DNA of 63,028 nucleotides, counting the filler, from Choristocarpus tenellus KU-1152 (Eukaryota; Protista; Phaeophyceae), in assembly GCA_964200185.2 (NCBI GenBank). It is 8 parts of 8 records of this genome, joined end to end, with 100 filler letters (N's around TTAATTAATTAA, not from the genome) between each part and the next. Parts side by side here need not be neighbours in the genome. Positions count along the whole stretch, not along the records: positions 1 to 6,164 come from CAXNAD020008784.1; positions 6,265 to 10,896 come from CAXNAD020013710.1; positions 10,997 to 14,828 come from CAXNAD020017672.1; 5 more parts are not named here. One strand, 5' to 3'. Made by a program: the position numbers and the translations under genes. The notes beneath the pieces were generated by a model. That model saw only the letters and a list, made by a program, of their open reading frames with translations. It was not told the DNA's origin and ran no database searches. The number at the start of each line of letters is the position of its first letter. The stretch's first letter is position 1. Shown here piece by piece: positions 1 to 11,308 of this stretch.

Positions 1-71
1 CACTTTTCCTGATTTTGGTCCAAATGGACACCCAAGTGTAGACCCCCCCCCCCTCCCAAATACTTTGGGTT
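1..71. mobile_element. MITE family M1, partial copy (right end)
   Basis: caaatggacacccaagtgtagacccccc...aaatactttgggt matches the end of the full copies at 11132-11308 and 23138-23322. Confidence 0.75.
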
Positions 72-3000
72 TCCACACGTCTCCCAACTATGTTGCAGGA
101 TCGTCCGCCTCTCCCATCCCAGAAAGATTGATCATATTACCTTCAACACGCCTGCGAAAAACATTTTATACTGACCGAAACCCTCCTTTTCCTAACACCC
201 TACTGTACAAGTACTTGTAGTCAATCAATTTCCCATTAACTTTCCGTTTCCCAAGTCCATTCTTCAATCTTCAATCCAATCCATTTAACTTTCCAAATCA
301 ATCCTTTCTGAGTTTTTTGGTGCATCCTGGAATTGGGCACTATAAAAGTATCACTTCGTCAAATTGTTTGCTTCTACTCACAACCAGAAACTTTTAAGTG
401 TAACACATCTGGCTAGCTACTACACCAAGTAGCAGTAGAGATGATAAACTGGACCTTCTCCAGGATGACTTCTCCGTAGCGGTTGGTCGACCATCTCCCC
501 ACTTAGAAGTTCATTATGTTTTCCACATAATGTCTCTTCTGTCAGTTGGCGTACATTAGTATGTCCCCACATATTATATAGGTATTTGAAACATCCTCAG
601 CTTCTTTCTTATTCCTTCCAATGTACACATTCAAGAATCTGACTTTGAATAACCTACTTGCTGTATGCCAGACTTCCCTAGACCTGCTGTTGCGAACAGG
701 GTTGCCCCGCCTATATCTTTCTCGAATGAAACGCATGTTCCTTTGGCTCCAGTCAGTATGATTGTTTGATGATCGTTCAGGGGGTCATACAGCATGGTGG
801 TTTGCCCTCTTCCACACTTTAACCCGGTCTCCATCCTTATATACTATGAGTAGACTGCTTAGTAGTTAGTTCTCATTGTTGTCCATGACCTTACTGAGCA
901 TCTGTATAGCTCGTCCCTCTCTTGTCCTGCCCTCCAGGACTATCCTTTCTCTTTCCCCTACTTCCCTGATGTGTGGGGAATAACTGTCTCTTCACCTATT
1001 TGGTCACTCTTGGACGACAAATTTCAAGCGAATCAGCTACTTTGTTGCCCATCCCGCCGACACTGGCAATAATATATGGTTACTGAACCGTATGAACTCC
1101 AACTGCAGCACTGTACATTGTCATGCTGTAAAATTCTGAACTCCAACTACAGACTGGAACATACATACGGTACCACCTAATGAAACTACAACCCACCTGT
1201 ACATTAGTAACCTGCAAATGCTCTCTTAGATATTGTGAATTGAAATAAAGTAACTGTGGAAGATCACCAAGTTCAACAGCCCTGCATCAACAACACATGT
1301 GAGAATGAACACCAAACCACAACTTTAGCGGTGCAATATACCACAATTCAACCTACTCTCCCCAAACATCTAACCCTATACGTACACACCTTACTATATT
1401 ACACTGCAGATACTTCATGAAGGCATATTTCATATCCCATGTGCAACTCAGTATCCTTTTCTAATTCAAAACCACAACACTGAACCTTCAACTACCACCC
1501 TCAACATGCTGTATATATTGGCTTTGTATAAATGTCTGATTTAATGACTTCTTTGGAGAAGACGTACCTATTCCCACATTGGCCAACATCTCAAGAGTTT
1601 TTTAAAATTTGGAATGAAAGAATTATCGACTAACCCGATTGAACTGTCAGCACATGAGGTGCCACCAGCGAAACCAGTGCTGATTGCTGTGTGACCCCAC
1701 ATGGAATGGGGTTCTTATTGGAGGCCCAAAATTTGGCTTGTGCCCTTTTCTGCACTCTTTCTTCATCACCAGAGAAATGATCTCCCATGGTAGTCGATAG
1801 TCTCTTGAGAGAGACATATATTATTGATGTCTTGCATAAAAGCCTGAAGAAAGTGTGGTAAGGGAAGAGCGAAGATGGACTCATCATGATTTTGTCGTCT
1901 CTTCTATTATTGACATACCTCAAAGTACTTCTTAGTGCATGGCCATAGATAGCACTATTAGGATGTCAATTTAAGGAGGTGAGGAGCATACATACATAAC
2001 AGGCCAGTTCTGTGTGTCTTCTGTAAAAAAAAAAAATACTAACTGAATAATCAAACTCAATCAGTCACGGATAGTAGGTGAACAATGATGGCAGCTTACA
2101 GTATGTCTCTTACTACTATCATTAATATCATAAACAGTGATATATTGTCAATTTGCTGTTCATGTTATACTTAGCAGTACAAAATAATAAAGAAGTAAAA
2201 ACAGATTGTGGAGGAGGTACATTGCCATCAACCTTCTCACTTGTCTAGGACAACCTGCTATGCATTCCTCCAAGTTATTTAGTCGGCACACAATGCTTTA
2301 CGTCTCACACCTGCCTCTTCAGTGAAATGAACACTTGGCAATACTCCCCAGAATCCCCAGGTTGCTTGAGCTGCATATCAAGTGGGTGCAGGAATGTCAT
2401 AGGCAACACCAAGATCAAAATTTCCCCTGTCAAGTGAGTCATGAGCTTTCCCCCATCCGTACACATCCTAATGTGATGCACACATGACTTCCTCTAGGGA
2501 AAGGCATTCATCGCTGTACATACCCCTAGCCTCTGATATAGCTCTACTTTGAGAAAAGACTCTAAGGTAGTACTGGATGGATTCACAATTTTGAAACCTC
2601 AGACCCAGACTCTCTGTCCTCTTGAATACTCTTCTTACAAGGTTGAACAATTGTTGGTGGGCAATGTGCTTGTTGCAAGCCCACTGTGCATGTGCTAGAG
2701 AACAAAACGCACAGTTCCTGTCCGCTTCAACTTAATATGCCAAAACAGAGCACTCGAATTTCGCCCCAGTAGAGCGAGGGATTGAATGTAAGAATCCCTG
2801 CAAAATGTGCGTATGGTGACAAAATCCGATATAGAGAAGGTTGGAGGTTTAAAGATAGCAAAGATTCCGAAGCTTGAAACCCACCCACAGAATGCTGCAG
2901 GGTTACAAAAAACTTCTATACCACACGACACACGTTTTCCAGGACTCCCATCTTTACTCCCAAACCCTCCGCCAGGTATTTTCGCTGTAGAGGGTAAGTA

Positions 3001-6000
3001 ATACAGCACTTCCATCCATATTGCGTCTGGTGCCAACCGAATCCAAACACTCCACGTATCTTGCAGTGCAAGTCACTCAATGGCATCTTACATTAGTTCC
3101 GTGACTCCCTGAGGAAAAATGGGTTCAGAGGCTAGGAGACAAAACAGAATCGAGAAAACGGTCGTGAATATCAACCCAAAGTGAGCTGAAGGTCCTTCCT
3201 GGATGCTGAGTGATTTTGGAGGGTTACAGATAGCTTCACATAAACTCACACAAGAGGAAGGCTTATAATCTTAGTAAGCGAGATAGTCAAATTTTCACCG
3301 GATGTTCACTTAATGAAAAAGAGTCTCTCAATGTTTAGTCTTACTTCCTTCCTCTTCGATAGACCACCGCCAAAGCAACCCATCAAAGTCAGATCCAAGG
3401 ATGGGTGTCCCTCACCATTCCTACCCCTGAGGGCCGCTACGCCCCGAGTCATGAATTAGGCGTAGGAGACTCACAGTCGCAGCGAGGCTCAAATTCCAAG
3501 GGGACTGGATAGAGGAGAAGATATATAATATACATGCCTTTACTTGTCCAACACGAAGTCGGCAAGATGTAGATTTGTAGGTGAGATGAACACAAAATTT
3601 GCAAATACTTGACATGTAGAAACGCCATCGAATGTTAGAGGAATGGAGATCATTCACCTCTTAGATCAACCCCTTCCCCCAAAGAAACAGCAGGGCCCTT
3701 GGCATAGAAGCTTGCGTGCTTACTAGGGTAGAATGATGTCAGCAGGGTGAGTTTATCTCTGATTTGGACCTGTCTAGGATATGGTTCTTCGTGCCCTGGA
3801 GGACGACAGGGTCAACTCGAGCATACCTTTTTTGGGCATCGACAGAAATCGAGTTGGAGTATTTGGATATCGTTCGCCCCCACCCCCTCATTCCGCCCCT
3901 TATCGCCACATTTTCCACAGGAATCCAGCGACTGGGAATGCTCAGCCCCCCCCGGTCAACGAGCGCGAGGTCCGAGACATCACCGACCTTATCAGCAAGT
4001 GGGCCATTGTGTACTTAGGAGGTCTTTATTTTGTTGAGACTATCCAAGTCTCTTGCTTAACTATTCCAATGCGCACGCCACTCATAGCTTCTATACCACT
4101 ACTTTATTTCCTGCCCTACCTTCTCTGGTAGTGTAAAGGGTGCCTTTGGGATATAGCCCTGACTACCCTCTTTGGATGGTATTTTTGTCTTTGCCCCCTC
4201 CAAGGACGGACTGTTACTGCCTCAACCAGCAGCCAGGCGCAACGTGGCAGAACCTATTCATGGATGATAACAGACTAATGCTCAAATCTGATGCAGATGG
4301 TGAGAGGGGTCGGGCATGTGACCGACATATTGGTGACTTGCACTGGCAAGTGTCACTCGCATCTTCGTCAGCTTTTTCGTGAACATTTGCCGATATGCCC
4401 ATACCCCCCACACGCTTTTTGCATGTGGTCCCTCCTCGTTCCGTAATGGGTCGTTAAATACGAAAAACTTACCGGCCGAACGTCGACGCTGGCGGGGGCA
4501 CACATGTCGTGACTAGAGCAACTGCTGCTTCATGTGGGTTTTATGGAGACCGTCAAGCTACACTCCATAGATTTCGTGGCACCTCAGGACGGTAAGAGAT
4601 TGTGGAACTCACACTTTGACTACCCATTGTTAGCACGAAAAAGCACATTTTCATCGACCTCCATATTTTGCTGCCTCTACCGTGAAATGTTGACATGTGA
4701 GATGTCTAGAGTTCAAGCTGGTACCAAATTTTCGTTTAACAGGTGTTGCATCTTCTGCAAGTAGTGACATGATAAGGACTAACTAAAGAATATGAACTAT
4801 GGATGGAGTTCAGAGCAGAACGCATTGATGCAACCCTCACTGAAGAAATGGTCAAGAGTGACAATACGTATTGTGACAAAAATGAACCACCTCTCAGAAT
4901 ATGTGAATGCATTCACTATTACCAGCATAGACCAGATCGCTCAGGCGGACTTTTGCTCACATGACAAATTATTTTCGCAGTCGACACATGTTATATGCAC
5001 ATGTTTCCGCCATAATATCAACAAATATTGCTGTGTCGGCACCGACTTGATAGCAACCAACACATTGTGTAGTAAGACATGCAAGCTGAGAGACAAATGC
5101 TTGTGTGATGTTTAAGTGTTTCCTAACATGGCAAGGAAAACTTCATCATGGCCTCAAGGTATGCTTTCATGTGTATGTCATGAGTCATGCATTTTAGCAC
5201 ACATGCCAGCAACATTTTATCTTGTGCAGGTCTCTTTGTACAGACGTACACATGATCTTGGAACAGCCCCCTGAGGTCTTTGCGTTTTTCTGCTGAAATA
5301 TTGTTTGCAATTTTGTGTATGGTCGGCTGTATCCCAACCCATGGAATCCATGAATTTTTGGCAGAGGACCTTCCTTCCAGGTCCGCCTTTGATTTGTGCA
5401 GTATGAATGGGAGGACAGGGTACTCACCGACAAGGGTGATCGAGTTCTGAGATGGTGGGATGTGCATATTATGGAGCCAATTGTGGTGTACAATTTTTGT
5501 TCTCTTTATCTGCTGTACACATGCATCTCATGCGTATCTCCCTCTTGAATCATTGACTTGGTGCAGAAGTTGCATGTTGGATAAACGTTCAGAGAGAGCA
5601 CAGCTTTGAGTTTTATTGTTATCCGCACCCAGTGATACACCTGGTTAATTTGCATGTTTGCCACTGAAAGATGCTAACAAATGTCCGCCCGAGCAAGGCC
5701 TCAGCGGTTGCAGACTCCTCTGAAAGTAGCTAACCCTTCCTCTTCACTTACACAAAGTCAAAAGTTGAGCATATACAGAGAGGCCTACCCTCCCTTTTGA
5801 CAGGGCCCCGTCTGTTTCCCTATTGAACTGTTGTGTCTAGGCTTACCAAATTAGTGGTGCCGTGCTTCTCATTACTCCATGGAAACCCTTTCCCTAGCCA
5901 TTAACCCCCCCATTTTTCTGAAATGTTCTCACTCCTTTTCAAAGGAATTTATTCCTCCAAAGTGTATACCTCCAAATCGATGCTCTCCTTCCACACTTTC

Positions 6001-6095
6001 ATAGCACAGAATTGGTGGTTGGATGTGGCGAGGTAAGTCTTTTCGAGTGTACCAGAACTCACTCTAATGCCCACTACAGTCAGGTTCTCACCTTG

Positions 6096-6144
<49 letters not shown>

Positions 6145-6164
6145 CCCCCCCACCCCCCCCCCCC

Positions 6165-6264
6165 NNNNNNNNNNNNNNNNNNNNNNNNNNNNNNNNNNNN
6201 NNNNNNNNTTAATTAATTAANNNNNNNNNNNNNNNNNNNNNNNNNNNNNNNNNNNNNNNNNNNN
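6165..6264. other. Artificial contig spacer N44-TTAATTAATTAA-N44
   Basis: The same 100-nt construct occurs 7 times; the 12-mer places stops in all six frames. Confidence 0.98.
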
Positions 6265-8887
6265 TTTTTTTTTTTTTTTCTTTTTTAATTTTCTTTGTTG
6301 GTTTGTCTTTTTTTGTTTCTTTTTTTTGGTGGGTGTGGGGGTGGGGGGGGGGATCTTCCAAAAATCCATTGTTTTATTATTAGGTTGCCCTAAAATCTCA
6401 TCAAAAACAGACTTGATACACCTAATTCTATGCTACAAATTTGTAAAACTGCAAGAAACACCTTCCTGATTCAGTTTTTAAAAAATACTAGAACCGCCCT
6501 GTAAACTGTTCAAACTCTTGCCAAACGAAGTACTGTTTCCTTTTATTATTATTATTGCTGAGGTGTTTGTACACGATACAAAATATATTGCCAGCAAAAT
6601 TTTAAAAAAAGAAAGATACGGATAAGGTAATCCGTTGTATTCTTCCCCTCAAGACCACTAAATTAATTTGCTCGGGAGTAATTGATAGTGTAGATAGTGT
6701 TGAAGTTTCAACACTCTACAGGAGACGTGCTATTTTTCGAGTAATTCTCTCCCCTCTACCCTCCCCCCCCCTCCCCCAAGCCACCAGAAGGAACTTGGAG
6801 GCACGGTGTCCAAGAAATTTCTGGGAAAAAACCCATGGTTGTGGATGTAATGAAGAGTCTTTCAGAATGGGATGGTGCCGGTTTAGTCCTACATCAATCA
6901 AAGAAACCCATTTCAATACATCGCAGTCGGTCTTCCTTCTGATTCTTATTTTCATGCCCTTCCCTATACATACAAAACCCTTACACCTAAGTGTTGACAC
7001 TGTAGTGTCAAGCCTTGTCTCCACCGGGGTGGTCACTTATACTCTCCTGTTTTTGAAAGTAACATATTGCACCGTGTGTATGTTTTCACTAACACGCCTC
7101 TGCAATGATTTTTCTTTTTCCTTCCGGAACAGAAGAGGAATGAACCCACAAACCAAAGCCTCCTAAAATAGTGAACTTCCACTTTTAGCTCCACATTACT
7201 CACAAATACTTCAATATCCTAAGTCCATCACATTTTCATTAAACCAACATATGTATATATATATATATGTATCTCATTCAATATGGTACTTCCTGTCAGT
7301 ATGAACAAAAAAAAATGTATTATATGCTCAGGCCAACAGAAACCACTCTAATCGCCGACAGGCACATGTGGGGCGGAATTAACGGAAGGGATGGGGACGG
7401 AATTCTAGAAGTGAATTTCAGAACCAACCTGGATCTAATAATAGGGAAAAATATCTAAACGTCTCCTTTCCCCTGCTCTGTCAGGGCCGGGGGGGGAGGA
7501 GGGTTGTGTGTACAATATGTATGCACCTATATGTTTGATCACACATACTACTAGAGAACAAGTCCAAGTTCAACTTTGCTCTCGATTTTCGTTGATGTTA
7601 ATTAAAAGAGTAAACTAGCGCTATGTTCCCCGTTGTGAAACAAGTTCACAATTGAGATCAAGTACTCCCGACCAGTCTGCCTTTATGAGGCAACACGTAC
7701 ACGGCCATTAGGTCTTTAGCGCCCATGTCTCTCATACATACCATTAAGATAAAACAAGCAGCATGATCATAGCGAATGCCCGTCTGCAATCAAATACAAT
7801 TGACAAAAAAGGGTGTAGCAGAAGCCAAGGCATGTACGTACAACACTATCAATAATACTACCAAGCCCCAAAGAGGAAGGCTGCATGTTAACATTTGGGA
7901 CACATCATCCCTTGGGCGAATCAAATAACAACACAACACATCCTGTTTGCCCTTCCTCCACTGACTTCAACCCACTAACAACTCTCTACAGGCCCTTCCC
8001 TTCCGAAATCTAACGGCAGGGTCGGTAGCTACACCACGTCACACAGAGCCAAGAGGCCAGTCAGTCCACTAAGGGTTCCAAGACAACCAAACCCTGAAAA
8101 AAATTAAAAACAAGAAAGTTATCAGAGGAGTACTACCAGGGCAACACGCCTCCATATTTTTCATCACTCCCAGGAAGCAAATGTACTCCTGTGTACAATT
8201 TATATCTACTAAATGAAATGGTCAAAAAAAACTCAATACAAAAGTTTGTATCCGATAGACAAATTTGAACTGACCATTGGCATCTACACAATCAAGACAC
8301 CATCTCTGCAGACATAACCAACAAAGTAAAAAACATGACAAAATTACAACAGCAGCAACAAAAAGTAGTGCAGGTAGCAAGCACTTTGACATTATGACAG
8401 TATGCATGGATATATGCTGACTCGGCCCTGGCAGACGCAAAAAAGACTTTCACCTCTGTGTGATAAAATTGTTCCCTTCCTTACATTACCCTAAGCTACA
8501 TTATGAACAAAATTGAGCAATATGATGATGCACAAGGCTAACTATCACTAACCCCTTCAGAACAATAGGGCCGCCACAAGGGGAGTGGGAGGGTGAGGGG
8601 GTGAGGATGACTTCAACGTCAAAGGCAACAAAACAGGCACACAGTACAGTTTTCAACACCAACATGCTTCAATACTCTATCCCCGTGTTCTACACCAAAC
8701 CTGCCCTCTCATAGGGATCCCACTCAAGTGCCCATCTCTATTGGGAGTCATGAAAGGCCAATGCTGAACCTGAAGACCTCTTCTCAACTCAGGTAGTGCG
8801 TCCCAGCAGGGCATGTGCTACTCACTACGATTCTACATACCGTCTTGACCCTTACTCGCCCATCCAAGGATCTCGGCCCACCAATGC

Positions 8888-9815
8888 TCAGTTGGTTTCT
8901 GTCTCCCTGCTGGTGCTAATGGACTTTTCTGTTAAAGATCCCCCCTCAATTCTTACGGGCATTGCCGTTGACGATTCCCCCTCAATAATTGTAGGCTTCG
9001 CAATTGGCTTCTCATCCTCAATTGTGGGCTTTGCCGTTACCGCTTCCACCCCAGTGTTTGCGGACTTTTTTGGCGCGTTCATCACATTGTCAGCGGAGTC
9101 TGCTGGCCCAGTATATAGATTCACCCTTCCACCAAGCTTGCCACCATTGACAACCGTGATCGATCCGAAAGAAATGGTTCCACTGACCTTGCCAGTGGAG
9201 GCGATCTGTCTCAGTGGGTGAGAAGGGGCGAGATGCTGGTTATTTGGAGAGAGTACATGCTGAAATCTTCAACCTTCATTGATCTGATTCCCATTCCCTG
9301 ATTAGAATGAGGAGACAGCATACGGAAGAAGCGAAAAAGCCCTGACAATTGAACGCCCTCTTCACCGTCCTTGCCAAACTTACCGCTAAGTTCCCTTTGA
9401 CGACCAGAGTTCCATCGAACGAACCAGAGATCTCCGCCACCTCGGTGGTGACTGTGCCTTCCATGCGCCCTTTCTTCGTCACCTCAAGTCGCGAGGACAC
9501 CACTTTCCCCTTCATGTGGCCGCTCACGACCATATCGTCGCAGCCATCGACCAAGGCCTCAAGAACAACCCCCTCTCCAACTAACAGGGAACGAGACACA
9601 GTTTTTGGAAAGACTTCCGCTTCTTCGTCTGGGCTGGCATCATCTGCCTCTACAATGGACTCCGGGTATCGTTCGGTTGAAGAAGACGACGCAGATGCCA
9701 TGGCATTCGGAGTATGCACCACGTTCTTCCTCAAAGGCGAAGCTTGTGTTAGTGGGACGTCTTTGTGCCCTAAATTCTCCAGTAACGACCCCTTCGATGA
9801 CTTCCGTGAGAACAT
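8888..9815 (-). CDS. Bactofilin (polymer-forming cytoskeletal / DUF583-type beta-helix) protein, 2 exons, 249 aa
   Basis: Exon 1 9815-9384 (144 codons, ends ...VKGNLA|GTAAGT); exon 2 9205-8888 (GACAG|IASTGKV...ETETN*); phase-0 intron. The spliced core SLLVGEGVVLEALVDGCDDMVVSGHMKGKVVSSRLEVTKKGRMEGTVTTEVAEISGSFDGTLVVKGNLAIASTGKVSGTISFGSITVVNGGKLGGRVNL has the alternating hydrophobic/Gly pattern of bactofilins. An in-frame TAA lies 15 nt upstream of the ATG. Confidence 0.9.
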
Positions 9816-10718
9816 GACTGCTCCAGGTTATACTCTATCACGACAACGAATATGTTCGTCTGGTCCGTACCTTCCCTCACGTTCTTCGCCCTGTTCACAA
9901 CAGAGAAGTCTTGTGTCTATACTCTTAGTTAGAAAGGCGGGAAATACCAGTAAACAAAGTAAGATATCTATCTATACTACTTTTAGATCTCTGTACAATC
10001 CTATTAACTGTACATTTTGTCTTTATATGTTGCTATCAATGACAAGGTTTGAGGTCGATGGATGTCTAAAAGTAGACAGTTGATAAGAAAAATTCTCGTT
10101 TTTGGTATATATATTTTTTGAAGGAAATTACCTCTATTTTATATAGTAGGAGTATGTGTTTTCTGTTACACATCTTACTTTTATTTGTATTGTGGGTCCT
10201 CGTACCTCAATCGTTGATGGGCATTGTTCCCTGCAATATTTGGATGGGTTCAAACCCGCTCACTTAATTTTTTCTGGAAAATCTATTTTTTGATTTTGTT
10301 TCTACTCATACATATTGTTATGAACATATTGGTAAAAGTCGATGGGTCCTTTATCGAACACACATATACAATCCAATCTCTCCGAATTTACCACAAAAAC
10401 ATGGAAAAAAATATATGAAACAAGTCTGGAAATTCAACGAGTGGTACACCTTGCAATTAGTTGTATCATAATCCAAAAAGCTACAGTTAAAGTAAGTAGA
10501 ATAGTTGTATGTGAAGTTGTATGTAGTTTGGTTATTGAGTTTCTTGATGTGTGTGAAGATATGGTAAATATGAGATATAGTGACTAATAATAGTAATTGA
10601 AATATTGTGTCTGAAGAATTAATAATATGTTTTTATTATTATTGAAAATCAGTAATACAGTAATAGTAGATAATATTAATGGTATGTATATTATATTAAT
10701 ATGCCCTCTGACATTTCA

Positions 10719-10829
10719 TTATTATGCCCTCTCAGATTTTGCAGATGTGTAAGGGGGAAACAAATGAGAACTATACACACGTCAGTAAAAGACCTAAGGA
10801 ACTTAAATATCATAAATCTGAAAAACACC
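10719..10829 (+). repeat. Dispersed repeat family M3 (hairpin-bearing), copy 1
   Basis: tattatgccctct(c)agattttgcagatgtg..gggggaaacaaatga..actatacac.tgtcagta..a..ataaa.tatcataaat.tgaaa recurs at 36150 and 43902. Confidence 0.75.
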
Positions 10830-10896
10830 ATATGTGAATCGTGTGATTCTGTGGCGGCGTGGTTCACTCAGGCAAGGGTGGTGAAGAGAATCACCG

Positions 10897-10996
10897 NNNN
10901 NNNNNNNNNNNNNNNNNNNNNNNNNNNNNNNNNNNNNNNNTTAATTAATTAANNNNNNNNNNNNNNNNNNNNNNNNNNNNNNNNNNNNNNNNNNNN
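10897..10996. other. Artificial contig spacer
   Basis: N44-TTAATTAATTAA-N44. Confidence 0.98.
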
Positions 10997-11082
10997 GTAT
11001 GCAACTAAATCACCGAAAAATCGCGACATGAAAAAATTGACCCAAAATGGACAGTCGCCACCCCCCCCTGATACTTTGGACC
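10997..11082. mobile_element. MITE family M1, partial copy
   Basis: gtatgcaactaaatcaccgaaaaatcgcgacatgaaaaaattgaccc...cccctgatactttggacc matches 43043-43127; truncated by the contig start. Confidence 0.75.
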
Positions 11083-11131
11083 ATTATAATATGACAACCA
11101 GCTGGGTCCTTTTCGTGTGCCTTAAACCAAG

Positions 11132-11308
11132 GGATCAAAGTATCTGGGGGTGTGTGACGGCTGTCCATTTTGGGCCAATTTTTCCATGTCGCTATTTTTG
11201 AGTGATTTGGTTGCATACGCGGATGGATAGTGTAAGTGCACTTTTCCTTGTTATGGTTCAAATGGACACCCTGGTGTAGATCCCCCCCACCCCCATATAC
11301 TTTGGGTC
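11132..11308. mobile_element. MITE family M1, full copy (~177 bp)
   Basis: Termini GGATCAAAGTATCTGGGGG ... CCCCCATATACTTTGGGTC are inverted repeats, flanked by CAAG on both sides. Confidence 0.85.

Noticed and set aside
2100-5750. Coding-like decayed sequence in the first contig (ORFs 2695-3036, 3781-4131, 5123-5467)
   Set aside because: No recognisable domain or consistent exon chain; possibly old TE or pseudogene debris, but not supportable without a search.
6012-6212. Poly-proline ORF
   Set aside because: Poly-C run at a contig end, probably an assembly or sequencing artefact.
9276-9383. C-terminus of the 179-aa ORF (VSLARTVKRAF...)
   Set aside because: Read-through into the intron; the canonical GTAAGT donor at 9383 and exon 2 complete the domain.
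9349-10083. 244-aa + strand ORF (and 8796-9221)
   Set aside because: Antisense shadows of the bactofilin exons; no motif of their own.
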